DNA from: Escherichia phage RB14
DNA: 64,000 nucleotides
Reading direction: 5' to 3' (one strand)
Sequence record: NC_012638.1
Shown: piece by piece, positions 44,922 to 56,425 of the stretch
Layout of the letters: each line of letters opens with the position of its first letter
How positions within the stretch are numbered: position 1 is the first letter of the stretch
Notes under the pieces: generated by a model
What the model saw: the letters and a program-made list of their open reading frames with translations, nothing else
What the model was told of the DNA's origin: nothing
Databases searched by the model: none
Translations under genes and position numbers: made by a program

Positions 44922-44929
44922 TATAAATA
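44922..44929 (+). promoter_or_regulatory. Late promoter (TATAAATA) for gene 34
   Basis: Exact TATAAATA 35 nt upstream of the gene 34 ATG. Confidence 0.8.
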
Positions 44930-44963
44930 CTTATTATTGAAAACACAATAGGAGCCCGGGAGA

Positions 44964-47900
44964 ATGGCCGAGATTAAAAGAAAGTTCAGAGCAGAAGATG
45001 GTCTGGACGCAGGTGGCGATAAAATAATCAACGTAGCTTTAGCTGATCGTACCGTAGGAACTGACGGTGTTAACGTTGATTACTTAATTCAAGAAAACAC
45101 AGTTCAGCAATATGATCCAACTCGTGGATATTTAAAAGATTTTGTAATCATTTATAATAATCGTTTTTGGGCAGCAACGGATAATATTCCAAAACCTGCT
45201 GGAAATTTTAATAGAATTCGTTGGAAAGCATTACGTACTGATGCCGTATATACAACCGTATCATCTGGACCATATCAATTAAAATCCGGAGAAGCAATTT
45301 CAGTAGATACATCAGTTGGCAATGACATTGAGTTTACTTTACCACCTTCTCCGCTTGATGGAGAAACCGTAATAATTCAAGATATCGGTGGAAAACCTGG
45401 CATAAATCAGGTTAAAATAAATTCTTCAAATCAGAGTATTGTCAATTTTAGAGGTGAACAGGTACGTTCAGTTTTAATGACTCATCCAAAGTCACAGATG
45501 GTATTCATTTTTAATAATCGTTTGTGGCAAATGTATATTGCTGATTATAGCAGAGAAGCTGCGATTGTTACTCCATCGACTGCATATCAAGCACAATCTA
45601 ATGATTTTATCGTACGTAGATTTACTTCTGCCGCACCGATTAATGTTAAACTTCCAAGATTTGCCAATCATGGAGATATCATTAATTTCGTTGATTTAGA
45701 TAAATTAAATCCACTTTATCATACAATTGTTACGACATATGATGAAACAACGTCAGTGCAAGAAGTTGGAACTCATTCCATTGAAGGCCGTACATCGATT
45801 GACGGTTTCTTGATGTTTGATGATAATGAGAAATTGTGGAGATTGTTTGACGGGGATAGTAAAGCACGTTTACGCATTATAACAACTAATTCTAATATTC
45901 GTCCAAATGAAGAAGTCATGGTATTTGGTGCGAATAACGGAACAGCCCAAACAATTGAGCTTCAGCTTCCAACTGATATTTCTGTTGGTGATACTGTTAA
46001 AATTTCCATGAATTACATGAGAAAAGGACAAACAGTTAAAATCAAAGCTGCCGGTGAAGATAAAATTGCTTCTTCAGTTCAATTACTGCAATTCCCAAAA
46101 CGTTCAGAATATCCGCCTGAAGCTGAATGGGTAACAGTTCAAGAATTAGTTTTTAATGGTGAAACTAATTATGTACCAGTTTTGCAACTTGCTTATATAG
46201 AAGATTCTGATGGAAAATACTGGGTTGTACAGCAAAACGTTCCAACAGTTGAAAGAGTCGATTCTTTAAATAATTCTACTAGAGCAAGATTAGGCGTAAT
46301 TGCTTTAGCTACACAAGCTCAAGCAAATGCTGATTTAGAAAATTCTCCGCAAAAAGAATTGGCAATTACTCCAGAAACGTTAGCTAATCGTACTGCTACT
46401 GAAACTCGCAGAGGTATTGCAAGAATAGCAACTACTGTTCAAGTAAATCAGAACACCACATTCTCTTTTGCAGATGACCTTATCATCACTCCTAAAAAGC
46501 TGAATGAAAGAACTGCTACAGAAACTCGTAGAGGTGTCGCTGAAATTGCTACGCAACAGGAAACTAATACAGGTACTGATGATACTACAATCATCACTCC
46601 TAAAAAGCTTCAAGCTCGTCAAGGTTCCGAATCATTATCTGGTATTGTAACTTTTGTATCTACTGCAGGAGCTACTCCAGCTTCTAGTCGTGAATTAAAT
46701 GGTACAAATGTTTATAATAAAAACACTAATAATTTAGTTGTTTCACCTAAAGCTTTGGATCAGTATAAAGCTACTCCAACGCAACAAGGCGCAGTAATTT
46801 TAGCAGTTGAAAGTGAAGTAATTGCTGGACAAAGCCAAGAAGGATGGGCAAATGCGGTTGTAACGCCAGAAACGTTACATAAAAAGACATCAACTGATGG
46901 AAGAATTGGTTTAATTGAAATTGCTACACAAAGTGAAGTTAATACAGGAACTGATTATACACGTGCAGTCACTCCTAAAACTTTAAATGACCGTAAAGCA
47001 ACTGAAAGTTTAAGTGGTATAGCTGAAATTGCTACGCAAGTTGAATTCGACGCAGGCGTCGACGATACTCGTATCTCTACACCATTAAAAATTAAAACCA
47101 GATTTAATAGTACTGATCGTACTTCTGTTGTTGCTCTATCTGGATTAGTTGAATCAGGAACTCTCTGGGACCATTATACCCTTAATATTCTTGAAGCAAA
47201 TGAGACACAGCGTGGTACACTTCGTGTAGCTACACAAGTTGAAGCTGCTGCAGGAACATTAGATAATGTTTTAATAACTCCTAAAAAGCTTTTAGGTACT
47301 AAATCTACCGAATCGCAAGAAGGTGTTATTAAAGTTGCAACTCAGTCTGAAACTGTGACTGGAACGTCAGCAAATACTGCTGTATCTCCAAAAAATTTAA
47401 AATGGATTGTGCAGAGTGAACCTACTTGGGCAGCAACTACTGCGATAAGGGGCTTTGTTAAAACTTCTTCTGGTTCATTAACGTTTGTTGGTAATGATAC
47501 GGTAGGTTCAACACAGCCATTAGAATCATATGAGAAAAATAGTTATGCAGTATCACCATATGAATTAAATCGCGTATTAGCAAATTATTTGCCATTAAAA
47601 GCAAAAGCTGTAGATAGTAATTTATTAGATGGTCTAGATTCGCTCCAGTTCATTCGTAGGGACATTGCACAAACAGTTAATGGTTCACTAACCTTAACCC
47701 AACAAACGAATCTGGGTGCCCCTCTTGTATCATCTAGTACTGCTACATTCGGTGGATCAGTTTCAGCAAATAGTACATTAACTATTTCTAATACTGGAAC
47801 GGCAACTCGTCTGATTTTTGAGAAAGGACCTCAAACTGGAACAAACCCGGCTCAAACGATGACAGTCAGAGTGTGGGGAAATCAATTTAGCGGGGAATCA

Positions 47901-48833
47901 GACACAACACGTTCTACCGTATTTGAAGTTAGTGATGAAACGTCTAGTCATTTTTATTCTCAGCGTAATAAAGCTGGAAATATAACATTTAATATCAACG
48001 GTACAGTAACACCGATAAATGTTAATGCTTCAGGAACATTGAATGCAAATGGTGTAGCAACATTTGGTAATTCAGTCACTGCAACTGGTGAAATTATTTC
48101 TCGAAGCGCAAATGCTTTCCGTGCTATTAACGGAAATTATGGTTTCATTGTTCGCAATGATGGGTCAGTAACGAATTTTATGCTTACTGCATCGGGTGAT
48201 CAAACTGGCGGATTTAATGGATTGCGTCCTTTAGCTATTAATAATGCATCTGGCCAAGTAACGATTGGTGAAAGCTTAATCATTGCAAAAGGTGCTACTA
48301 TAAGTTCGGGTGGTTTGACTGTTAACTCGAGAATTCGTTCTCAGGGTACTAAAACCTCTGATTTATATACCCGTGCGCCAACATCTGATACAGTAGGATT
48401 CTGGTCAATCGATATTAATGATTCAGCCACTTATAACCAGTTTCCGGGTTATTTTAAAATGGTTGAAAAAACTAATGAAGTGACTGGACTTCCATACTTA
48501 GAACGTGGTGAAGAAGTTAAATCTCCTGGTACATTGACTCAGTTTGGTAACACACTTGATTCACTTTACCAAGATTGGATTACTTATCCAACGACCCCAG
48601 AAGCACGTACCACTCGCTGGACGCGTACATGGCAGAAAACTAAAAATTCTTGGTCAAGTTTTGTTCAGGTATTTGATGGAGGTAACCCTCCTCAACCTTC
48701 GGATATAGGAGCAATCCCATCTGATAATGGAATAATAGGTAATCTTACTATTCGTGATTTCTTACGAATTGGTAATGTTCGCATTATTCCTGACCCAGTG
48801 AATAAAACTGTTAAATTTGAATGGGTTGAATAA
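44964..48833 (+). CDS. 34: Long tail fibre proximal subunit gp34
   Basis: 1289-aa ORF (T4 gp34 length) with repeated fibre motifs (ITPKKL...ATETRRG.AEIATQ). Confidence 0.95.
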   Translation: MAEIKRKFRAEDGLDAGGDKIINVALADRTVGTDGVNVDYLIQENTVQQYDPTRGYLKDFVIIYNNRFWAATDNIPKPAGNFNRIRWKALRTDAVYTTVSSGPYQLKSGEAISVDTSVGNDIEFTLPPSPLDGETVIIQDIGGKPGINQVKINSSNQSIVNFRGEQVRSVLMTHPKSQMVFIFNNRLWQMYIADYSREAAIVTPSTAYQAQSNDFIVRRFTSAAPINVKLPRFANHGDIINFVDLDKLNPLYHTIVTTYDETTSVQEVGTHSIEGRTSIDGFLMFDDNEKLWRLFDGDSKARLRIITTNSNIRPNEEVMVFGANNGTAQTIELQLPTDISVGDTVKISMNYMRKGQTVKIKAAGEDKIASSVQLLQFPKRSEYPPEAEWVTVQELVFNGETNYVPVLQLAYIEDSDGKYWVVQQNVPTVERVDSLNNSTRARLGVIALATQAQANADLENSPQKELAITPETLANRTATETRRGIARIATTVQVNQNTTFSFADDLIITPKKLNERTATETRRGVAEIATQQETNTGTDDTTIITPKKLQARQGSESLSGIVTFVSTAGATPASSRELNGTNVYNKNTNNLVVSPKALDQYKATPTQQGAVILAVESEVIAGQSQEGWANAVVTPETLHKKTSTDGRIGLIEIATQSEVNTGTDYTRAVTPKTLNDRKATESLSGIAEIATQVEFDAGVDDTRISTPLKIKTRFNSTDRTSVVALSGLVESGTLWDHYTLNILEANETQRGTLRVATQVEAAAGTLDNVLITPKKLLGTKSTESQEGVIKVATQSETVTGTSANTAVSPKNLKWIVQSEPTWAATTAIRGFVKTSSGSLTFVGNDTVGSTQPLESYEKNSYAVSPYELNRVLANYLPLKAKAVDSNLLDGLDSLQFIRRDIAQTVNGSLTLTQQTNLGAPLVSSSTATFGGSVSANSTLTISNTGTATRLIFEKGPQTGTNPAQTMTVRVWGNQFSGESDTTRSTVFEVSDETSSHFYSQRNKAGNITFNINGTVTPINVNASGTLNANGVATFGNSVTATGEIISRSANAFRAINGNYGFIVRNDGSVTNFMLTASGDQTGGFNGLRPLAINNASGQVTIGESLIIAKGATISSGGLTVNSRIRSQGTKTSDLYTRAPTSDTVGFWSIDINDSATYNQFPGYFKMVEKTNEVTGLPYLERGEEVKSPGTLTQFGNTLDSLYQDWITYPTTPEARTTRWTRTWQKTKNSWSSFVQVFDGGNPPQPSDIGAIPSDNGIIGNLTIRDFLRIGNVRIIPDPVNKTVKFEWVE

Positions 48834-48841
48834 GAGGTATT

Positions 48842-49957
48842 ATGGAAAAATTTATGGCAGAGTTTGGACAAGGATATGTCCAAACGCCATTTTTATCGGA
48901 AAGCAATTCAGTAAGATATAAAATAAGCATAGCGGGTTCTTGCCCGCTTTCTACTGCGGGGCCATATGTTAAATTTCAGGATAATCCCGTTGGAAATCAA
49001 ACATTTAGTGCAGGTCTTCATTTAAGAGTTTTTGACCCTTCTACAGGAGCATTAGTTGATAGTAAGTCATATGCTTTTTCTGCTTCAAACAATACAACAT
49101 CTACCGCTTTTGTCAGTTTCATGAATTCTTTGTCAAACAATAGACTTGTTGCTATATTAACTAGCGGAAAGGTTAATTTTCCTCCTGAAGTGGTATCTTG
49201 GTTAAGGGGAGCAGGAACTTCAGTTTTTCCATCAGATTCAGTATTGTCAAGATTTGACGTGTCATATGCTGCTTTTTACACTTCTTCTAAAAGAGCTATC
49301 GCATTAGAGCATGTTAAACTAAGTAATAGAAAAAGCACAGATGACTATCAAACTATTTTAGATGTTGTATTTGATAGTTTAGAAGACGTCGGAGCTACGG
49401 GATTTCCTAAAAGAACATATGAAAGTGTCGAGCAATTTATGTCAGCGGTTGGTGGAACTAATAACGAAATTGCGCGATTGCCAACTTCAGCTGCTATAAG
49501 TAAATTATCTGATTATAATTTAATTCCTGGTGATGTTCTTTATCTTAAAGCCCAGTTATATGCTGATGCTGATTTACTTGATCTTGGAACTACAAATATA
49601 TCCATTCGTTTTTATGATGCATCAAATGGATATATTTCTTCAACACAGGCTGAGTTTACTGGACAAGTTGGATCTTGGGAATTAAAGGAAGATTATGTAG
49701 TTGTTCCTGAAAATGCAGTCGGATTTACTATATATGCGCAGAGAACTGCTCAAGCTGGTCAAGGCGGAATGAGGAATTTAAGCTTTTCTGAAGTATCAAG
49801 AAATGGCGGAATTTCGAAACCTGCTGAATTTGGTGTCAATGGTATTCGTGTTAATTATATCGGTGAATCCTCTTCACCTCCAGATATAATGGTACTTCCT
49901 ACACAGGCATCGTCTAAAACTGGTAAAGTGTTTGGACAGGAATTTAGAGAAGTTTAA
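48842..49957 (+). CDS. 35: Long tail fibre hinge protein gp35
   Basis: 371-aa ORF. Confidence 0.9.
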   Translation: MEKFMAEFGQGYVQTPFLSESNSVRYKISIAGSCPLSTAGPYVKFQDNPVGNQTFSAGLHLRVFDPSTGALVDSKSYAFSASNNTTSTAFVSFMNSLSNNRLVAILTSGKVNFPPEVVSWLRGAGTSVFPSDSVLSRFDVSYAAFYTSSKRAIALEHVKLSNRKSTDDYQTILDVVFDSLEDVGATGFPKRTYESVEQFMSAVGGTNNEIARLPTSAAISKLSDYNLIPGDVLYLKAQLYADADLLDLGTTNISIRFYDASNGYISSTQAEFTGQVGSWELKEDYVVVPENAVGFTIYAQRTAQAGQGGMRNLSFSEVSRNGGISKPAEFGVNGIRVNYIGESSSPPDIMVLPTQASSKTGKVFGQEFREV

Positions 49958-49962
49958 ACTGA

Positions 49963-49989
49963 GGGAGCCTTCGGGTTCCTTTTTTCTTT
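49963..49989 (+). terminator. Hairpin plus T-tract after gene 35
   Basis: gggagcc-ttcg-ggttcct (two G-U pairs) then tttttcttt. Confidence 0.6.
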
Positions 49990-49996
49990 ATAAATA
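49989..49996 (+). promoter_or_regulatory. Late promoter (TATAAATA) for gene 36
   Basis: Exact TATAAATA 24 nt upstream of the gene 36 ATG. Confidence 0.8.
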
Positions 49997-50019
49997 ATAT
50001 TAAAATAAAGGGGCATACA

Positions 50020-50670
50020 ATGGCTGATTTAAAAGTAGGTTCAACTGTAGGTGGATCTGTCATTTGGCATCAAGGAAATTTTCCGTTGAATTCAGCCGGT
50101 GACGATGTACTCTACAAATCATTTAAAATATATTCAGAATATAATAAACCACAGGCAGCTGATAATGATTTCGTTTCTAAATCTACCGGTGGTACTTACA
50201 CAGGCCCAGTTACTATTAATTATGGTGTAAATAGTTATCTTCAATTAAGTAATAATGAAACCCCCATCCGAATTCGTTCTGGTGGCGGCACTGGTAATAC
50301 TCTTGTAGTTGGTGGCTCTTCTGGCGGTATTAGTTTTAGACCAGCAGGTAGTGAAATCACTACTGGACAAATTACTATTACGCCAGAAGGTTTGACAACA
50401 TTTACCAAAGCTGTAACGGCTCCATCTGTAACTGTTACATCTACTCCTTCCGCAGCATCTGATGTTACTCGTAAAGATTATGTTGATGGAGCAATAAATA
50501 CTGTTACAGCAAATGCAAACTCTAGGGTATTACGCTCTGGAGACACTATGACAGGAAATTTAACTGCGCCAAACCTTTTTTCACAGAATCCTGCATCTCA
50601 ACCTTCACACGTTCCACGATTTGACCAAATCGTAATGAAGGATTCTGTTCAAGATTTCGGCTATTATTAA
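50020..50670 (+). CDS. 36: Long tail fibre distal connector gp36
   Basis: 216-aa ORF. Confidence 0.9.
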   Translation: MADLKVGSTVGGSVIWHQGNFPLNSAGDDVLYKSFKIYSEYNKPQAADNDFVSKSTGGTYTGPVTINYGVNSYLQLSNNETPIRIRSGGGTGNTLVVGGSSGGISFRPAGSEITTGQITITPEGLTTFTKAVTAPSVTVTSTPSAASDVTRKDYVDGAINTVTANANSRVLRSGDTMTGNLTAPNLFSQNPASQPSHVPRFDQIVMKDSVQDFGYY

Positions 50671-50678
50671 GAGGACTT

Positions 50679-53624
50679 ATGGCTACTTTAAAACAAATAC
50701 AATTTAAAAGAAGCAAAACCGCAGGTCAACGTCCTGCTGCTTCAGTATTAGCCGAAGGTGAATTGGCTATAAACTTAAAAGATAAAACAATTTTCACAAA
50801 AGATGACTCAGGTAGTGTTATAGAATTAGGTTTAAAATATGGAGGAACAATTGATGGTTCTTTAACTGTTAATGGAAGCATAATTGGAAATTTAACAGGT
50901 AACGCTGCAACCGCAACGAAATTGCAAACACCTAGGAAAATTAATGGTATATCTTTTGATGGGTCAAAGGACATTACCCTAACTCCATCTGACATAAATG
51001 TCAATAGCACAACATTTATAAAAAATAATGGCGAATTACCTACTAATGCTAATTTAGATGAGTATGGGCCCATTGAAGAATATCTTGGTGTTTGGTCGAA
51101 ATCTACTTCAACAAATGCGCAACCAGCAAATAAATTCCCAGAAGAAAATGCCGTAGGTGTACTAGAAGTATTTGTGGCCGGCCAATTTGCTGGCACTCAG
51201 CGTTATACTGTAAGATCTGGTAACGTCTATATTCGTTCCTTATCTGCTAAATGGAATGGCGTCGATGGTCCATGGGGTCCGTGGCGCAATATTCAAACTG
51301 GCACACGTCCACTATCAACTACGCTAGACTTGAATACTTTAGGTGATGCTTCTCATTTTGGGTTATGGCGAAATAGTTCAAGTGCCATTGCAACATTTTC
51401 TCGAAATTACCCAGAAGAAGGTGGTCTCGCGCAAGGTCTTTTAGAAATTTATGAAGGCGGTAACTATTCTCGTACACAACGTTATACTACCCGAATGGGT
51501 GTTGTATATGTTCGTTGTCTTGCTAGCGCATGGGATCCAGAAGCTCCGAATTGGGGAGAGTGGCAACAAGTAGGTATGGTTACTCCCAGCACATTCTATG
51601 ACGGAGATCTGAATGATTTTAAAACTCCTGGATTATATAATATTTTAGGCACTGATGCCGTTATTAACTGTCCTACCGGTGAAGGTTTGCCGACTGTTAT
51701 TGTTGGTTTGCTGGAAGTTAAACAGCGTGCTTCTGGCGGTGCTATTTTCCAAAAATTTACTACTGCCGGAACGGGTGCAACTACTCGCGATCGTATTTTT
51801 GAGCGTGCATATACTGGTGGTGTGTGGGGTGCATGGAACGAAGTATATACATCTTATTCTCTGCCAATTACTTTGGGTATGGGTGGTGTTAAAACTCAAT
51901 TAGCGGAGCTAGATTGGCAAACATTTGATTTTGTTCCTGGTAGTATGTTTAGCGTTCCTTTGAACAAAATAAAGAACATGCCAGCAAATATGAATTGGGG
52001 TACGATTGACGGAAACTTGGTTATGTTTTCTGTCGGTCCTAGCGAACACACTGGCACAGGACGTACTGTTCAGGTTTGGCGTGGTACTGTATCCCAGACA
52101 AACTACCGTTATTTTGTCGTTCGTGTGTTCGGTAATTCTGGAAATAGAACTTGCACAGTTCGCCGTGTTGTTCTTGAAGACGGATCACATACTTGGACTG
52201 CTCAACAAAACTTTAGGGGATTGTTGAATATCACTGCTGCTGTTAATCTTGGTGCTAATCAGAAAATTTCACTTGCTCCAGGAGCATATATTCAAGCCCC
52301 TGCTAGCGGTTCTGGTTCTAATACTTACGCGAATCAGAATACTACCATTGCACCATTATATCAGGCCATTGACGATTCAAATAAAAACCAGTTTGCGCCA
52401 ATTGTTAAACAGAAAAATACTGTAAGTAATATCACCTTTGCCACTGGTATGGCTATAGGTACATCCGAATATAAGATCATTGCTCAGGGTGATTTATCAG
52501 CTAATGGAACAGCAGATGGGTTAAAACAATGGACTTTCATGCCGTCAGGTTATTTTAAATCTCCAGGGCGTGTATATGTCGGTGATGCGTTCCTTAATAC
52601 AGATGGTAATATTGCCGGTTCAATCTGGAAGAAATATAACAATGCGACAAATTTAGATGCTGCCTTGAATACTCGCGTAGGTAAAGGCGGTGATACGATG
52701 ACAGGTCGGTTAACAATCAATGCACCTAATGATTCTATTGTATTATCAACAACTGCTAGTAATTCTTTGCATATTCGCGGTGACATAGACGGGACTGGTA
52801 ACTGGTATATTGGCAAGGGTGGTGCTGATAATTCGCTAGCATTTTATAGCTATGCTACTCAGGCGGCAGTACATATCACAAACAATGGTGAGATTTCGCT
52901 AAATCCACAAAATACCGCAATGGTTAACGTTAACCGCGATCGTGTACACATTAACGGTTCTGGATGGATTGCTAGACAACCGGGTGATTGGGGCAACCAA
53001 TGGCGAGTAGAAGCTCCATTATTCGTTGATCATGGTTATGTTGGTCAAGATAGTTATTATCCTATTCTTAAAGCAAGAAGCGTTATAACCAATCAAGGAT
53101 ATAGCACCGCTGTTGACTTTGGTATGCGTCGTATTCCAGCACAGTGGGGGCAAGCAATCATTCGTGTCGGATCCACGGAGGCTTCTCCTGATGCTGGACA
53201 CCCACAAGCTGTATTTGAATTCCATCATGATGGATTCTTTTATACACCAGGAAATGGTAGCTTTAGCGATGTGTATATTCGTTCTGACTCCCGTCTCAAG
53301 ATTAATAAAGAAGAATTAGAATATGGAGCGGTCGAAAAAGTTTGCCGACTGAAAGTTTATATTTACGATAAAGTTAAGTCTATTAAAGACCGTAGTGTTA
53401 TTAAACGTGAAGTTGGTATTATTGCTCAGGACCTTGAAAAGGAATTACCGGAAGCTGTATCTAAAGTTGAAGTTGATGGATCTGATGTTCTGACAATTTC
53501 TAACTCTGCTGTGAATGCTCTTTTAATTAAGGCTATTCAGGAAATGAGTGAAGAAATTAAAGAATTGAAAACGCCTCTCTTTACTAAAATTGCTCGCAAA
53601 ATTAGTAAATATTTTAAATTCTAA
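50679..53624 (+). CDS. 37: Long tail fibre distal subunit gp37 (T2-type, C-terminal chaperone-like tail)
   Basis: 981-aa ORF; conserved N-terminus [13 protein letters not shown]; C-terminal block [14 protein letters not shown]... resembles an intramolecular-chaperone/auto-cleavage domain. Confidence 0.9.
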   Translation: MATLKQIQFKRSKTAGQRPAASVLAEGELAINLKDKTIFTKDDSGSVIELGLKYGGTIDGSLTVNGSIIGNLTGNAATATKLQTPRKINGISFDGSKDITLTPSDINVNSTTFIKNNGELPTNANLDEYGPIEEYLGVWSKSTSTNAQPANKFPEENAVGVLEVFVAGQFAGTQRYTVRSGNVYIRSLSAKWNGVDGPWGPWRNIQTGTRPLSTTLDLNTLGDASHFGLWRNSSSAIATFSRNYPEEGGLAQGLLEIYEGGNYSRTQRYTTRMGVVYVRCLASAWDPEAPNWGEWQQVGMVTPSTFYDGDLNDFKTPGLYNILGTDAVINCPTGEGLPTVIVGLLEVKQRASGGAIFQKFTTAGTGATTRDRIFERAYTGGVWGAWNEVYTSYSLPITLGMGGVKTQLAELDWQTFDFVPGSMFSVPLNKIKNMPANMNWGTIDGNLVMFSVGPSEHTGTGRTVQVWRGTVSQTNYRYFVVRVFGNSGNRTCTVRRVVLEDGSHTWTAQQNFRGLLNITAAVNLGANQKISLAPGAYIQAPASGSGSNTYANQNTTIAPLYQAIDDSNKNQFAPIVKQKNTVSNITFATGMAIGTSEYKIIAQGDLSANGTADGLKQWTFMPSGYFKSPGRVYVGDAFLNTDGNIAGSIWKKYNNATNLDAALNTRVGKGGDTMTGRLTINAPNDSIVLSTTASNSLHIRGDIDGTGNWYIGKGGADNSLAFYSYATQAAVHITNNGEISLNPQNTAMVNVNRDRVHINGSGWIARQPGDWGNQWRVEAPLFVDHGYVGQDSYYPILKARSVITNQGYSTAVDFGMRRIPAQWGQAIIRVGSTEASPDAGHPQAVFEFHHDGFFYTPGNGSFSDVYIRSDSRLKINKEELEYGAVEKVCRLKVYIYDKVKSIKDRSVIKREVGIIAQDLEKELPEAVSKVEVDGSDVLTISNSAVNALLIKAIQEMSEEIKELKTPLFTKIARKISKYFKF

Positions 53625-53630
53625 CAACAA

Positions 53631-53648
53631 GGGGGAAATGCCCCCTTT
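53631..53648 (+). terminator. Hairpin after gene 37
   Basis: ggggg-aaatg-ccccc then ttt. Confidence 0.5.
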
Positions 53649-53660
53649 GGAGTATAAATT

Positions 53661-54443
53661 ATGGCAGTAGTTGGAGTTCCTGGCTGGATTGGAAGTTCAG
53701 CCGTAAATGAAACGGGACAGCGCTGGATGAGTCAAGCGGCTGGTCAATTAAGATTGGGTGTTCCTTGCTGGATGAGTCAATTTGCAGGTCGCTCACGAGA
53801 AATTATTCACACGCTTGGAGCAGACCATAACTTCAATGGTCAATGGTTCCGAGATAGATGTTTTGAGGCAGGTAGTGCACCTATAGTGTTTAATATCACT
53901 GGAGATTTAGTATCATATTCTAAAGATGTTCCTTTATTCTTCATGTACGGAGATACACCAAATGAATATGTTCAGTTGAATATACACGGTGTAACGATGT
54001 ATGGACGTGGCGGTAATGGTGGTAGCAATAGTCCTGGCTCAGCTGGAGGTCATTGTATTCAAAACGATATTGGTGGGAGACTAAGAATTAATAATGGTGG
54101 AGCTATTGCAGGCGGTGGCGGCGGTGGCGGCGGCGGATATTATTCTCCTTTTTCACAAATGAGATTGACCTTTGGCGGCGGTGGCGGTCGTCCTTTTGGT
54201 GCGCCGGGCGGATCTATTGATATGCAATCAGGTGCGACTGGTGGTACTATTTCTTCACCTGGCTCAGGATCCGTGAATGGTATCTATAATGGTGGAAACG
54301 GTGGTGAAGTAGGTTCCGCGGGAGGTAGATGCAATATTCGCGGTCAAGGATCTGAATATGATGGAGGTGCTGCTGGTTATGCTGTCATAGGGTCCGCTCC
54401 AACATGGCAAAATGTTGGAGCAATATATGGTCCAAGAGTATAA
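53661..54443 (+). CDS. 38: Receptor-recognising adhesin gp38 (T2-type, glycine-rich)
   Basis: 260-aa ORF with several poly-Gly motifs ([21 protein letters not shown]); unlike the 183-aa T4 chaperone-type gp38. Confidence 0.85.
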   Translation: MAVVGVPGWIGSSAVNETGQRWMSQAAGQLRLGVPCWMSQFAGRSREIIHTLGADHNFNGQWFRDRCFEAGSAPIVFNITGDLVSYSKDVPLFFMYGDTPNEYVQLNIHGVTMYGRGGNGGSNSPGSAGGHCIQNDIGGRLRINNGGAIAGGGGGGGGGYYSPFSQMRLTFGGGGGRPFGAPGGSIDMQSGATGGTISSPGSGSVNGIYNGGNGGEVGSAGGRCNIRGQGSEYDGGAAGYAVIGSAPTWQNVGAIYGPRV

Positions 54444-54473
54444 TGTGAATAAATACCCTTAAAAGGAGGGTCT

Positions 54474-55130
54474 ATGGCAGCACCTAGAATATCATTTTCG
54501 CCCTCTGATATTCTATTTGGTGTTCTAGATCGCTTGTTCAAAGATAACGCTACCGGGAAAGTTCTTGCTTCCCGGGTAGCTGTCGTAATTCTTTTGTTTA
54601 TAATGGCGATTGTTTGGTATAGGGGAGATAGTTTCTTTGAGTACTATAAGCAATCAAAGTATGAAACATACAGTGAAATTATTGAAAAGGAAAGAAATGC
54701 ACGCTTTGAATCTGTCGCCCTGGAACAACTCCAGATAGTTCATATATCATCTGAGGCAGACTTTAGTGCGGTGTATTCTTTCCGCCCTAAAAACTTAAAC
54801 TATTTTGTTGATATTATAGCATACGAAGGAAGATTACCTTCAACAATAAGTGAAAAATCACTTGGAGGATATCCTGTCGATAAAACTATGGATGAATACA
54901 CAGTTCATTTAAATGGACGCCATTATTATTCCGACTCAAAATTTGCTTTTTTACCAACTAAAAAGCCTACTCCCGAAATAAATTACATGTACAGTTGTCC
55001 ATATTTCAATTTGGATAATATCTATGCTGGAACAATAACCATGTACTGGTATAGAAATGATCATATAAGTAATGACCGCCTTGAATCAATATGTTCTCAG
55101 GCGGCCAGAATATTAGGAAGGGCTAAATAA
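54474..55130 (+). CDS. t: Holin T
   Basis: 218-aa ORF with single N-terminal transmembrane segment and large C-terminal domain. Confidence 0.93.
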   Translation: MAAPRISFSPSDILFGVLDRLFKDNATGKVLASRVAVVILLFIMAIVWYRGDSFFEYYKQSKYETYSEIIEKERNARFESVALEQLQIVHISSEADFSAVYSFRPKNLNYFVDIIAYEGRLPSTISEKSLGGYPVDKTMDEYTVHLNGRHYYSDSKFAFLPTKKPTPEINYMYSCPYFNLDNIYAGTITMYWYRNDHISNDRLESICSQAARILGRAK

Positions 55131-55403
55131 TTATTTGTTTGTATACATCTCTAGATATCGATATACACCCTCAAAACCCTCGTTGAATTCGTCGATGAGG
55201 GTTTTCTTATCTTCTTGGGTTAATTCAGAAACAATTTTACGGAATGAATTCTGATTTAACTTTCTACCTTCATGCGTTACTCCAATCTCATTCAGAAATG
55301 CAATAAAATTAGCACGATTCTCAACAATATCTTCTCTGGAAAATTTAATCAAAATAGACGCAACAGTAATAATTTCACGAACTGTATCAATGTTTTTATT
55401 CAT
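55131..55403 (-). CDS. asiA: Anti-sigma70 protein AsiA
   Basis: 90-aa ORF recognised as T4 AsiA. Confidence 0.93.
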   Translation of the reverse strand: MNKNIDTVREIITVASILIKFSREDIVENRANFIAFLNEIGVTHEGRKLNQNSFRKIVSELTQEDKKTLIDEFNEGFEGVYRYLEMYTNK

Positions 55404-55415
55404 TAACTATACCAC

Positions 55416-55568
55416 TCAATTAGTTGACTTTATTATAATATCATCAGACGCTTGATTTGTAAACTGGTCTGTGTTATTTTCTTCAAAAATTTTTTCTACG
55501 AATTCCTTGAACGACTCGCGTTCCTGAGCTACATTATGCTCGATTACCATTTCAAGATTATGACTCAT
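55416..55568 (-). CDS. Small acidic protein (position of T4 asiA.5)
   Basis: Hand-translated 50-aa ORF; ATG overlaps arn stop (ATGA). Confidence 0.5.
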   Translation of the reverse strand: MSHNLEMVIEHNVAQERESFKEFVEKIFEENNTDQFTNQASDDIIIKSTN

Positions 55569-55843
55569 TCGAAATAATCTTCAATTTCGTAATCATGGAC
55601 ATAAATCATTATAGTTTCTAATACATCATCAATACTTTTTCCTGGAGCTGGAATTACGTAAAAATATCCTGCTTTTGAGAGGTCTTTATAAGTTCCAACC
55701 AAGAAATCATTATTCTCAAGATGTAGTTCTTCAACTAATTCATTAACAATTGAGTGGTATAAATTTGGTAGAAACTTATATAGCTTTTCTAGAATATCAA
55801 TTTTGATTGTGTATTGAACCACAGATTGAGAATCAATAATCAT
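55565..55843 (-). CDS. arn: Anti-restriction nuclease Arn
   Basis: 92-aa acidic ORF between asiA and motA. Confidence 0.8.
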   Translation of the reverse strand: MIIDSQSVVQYTIKIDILEKLYKFLPNLYHSIVNELVEELHLENNDFLVGTYKDLSKAGYFYVIPAPGKSIDDVLETIMIYVHDYEIEDYFE

Positions 55844-55926
55844 AGACCTTCCCCTTATGTTTCTGTTTGCGATTAGATTCTTTAAACGCTTTCTTCTTAT
55901 CCTTATGGACAGAAGCTTTATTAAAA

Positions 55927-56145
55927 TTATGTTTTGCGACTAAATTGTTCATAGTGCTGAATTACCTCTCTTAAACATTTGCATGTGAATGAAAACTTTT
56001 TAGCTACACCACATTCAAATATATGTTCTCTTAAATCACGTGTGTCAGTATATCCCATCTCAACAATAAAATGCCGTATTAGATTTTTATCTTTATCGTT
56101 GAGAGAATTAAAATAATCGGATTTTGAATTAATTTCCCTGGCCAA
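55927..56145 (-). CDS. Hypothetical protein, possible TTG start
   Basis: 72-aa ORF; GAAGGTGA 5 nt upstream of TTG. Confidence 0.45.
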   Translation of the reverse strand: MAREINSKSDYFNSLNDKDKNLIRHFIVEMGYTDTRDLREHIFECGVAKKFSFTCKCLREVIQHYEQFSRKT

Positions 56146-56425
56146 ATTGAATCACCTTCAGTTGACGTTTTAGCTCTTTTATCATCTCTTCGTTCATCGC
56201 AATATAAAGATCGCGTAAAGCAGGTTTTATCATTCCATTTATTGGGGAACTAAATGGGCATACATAATCTTTTCCTACGAGCTTTTTAGTGAATTCCATA
56301 TCACAAAACTGAAATGCAGGTTCATTAGCATAAATTCCCCAATTGGTTGACATCATTTTATTGGCATATTCCAATGCTTGGATTTGATTAGTAATTCCAT
56401 CAATTTGAAACTTTTTAATATTCAT
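56129..56425 (-). CDS. Hypothetical protein
   Basis: 98-aa ORF. Confidence 0.65.
   Translation of the reverse strand: MNIKKFQIDGITNQIQALEYANKMMSTNWGIYANEPAFQFCDMEFTKKLVGKDYVCPFSSPINGMIKPALRDLYIAMNEEMIKELKRQLKVIQFGQGN

Noticed and set aside
54112-54200. GGC/GGT repeat tract that looks like a simple-sequence or CRISPR-like array
   Set aside because: It is in frame within gp38 and encodes the poly-glycine motifs; there is no repeat-spacer periodicity.
55844-55952. 39-aa basic ORF overlapping the arn start and the 3' end of the upstream ORF
   Set aside because: No SD, it overlaps two better-supported ORFs, and the same DNA supplies the arn SD.
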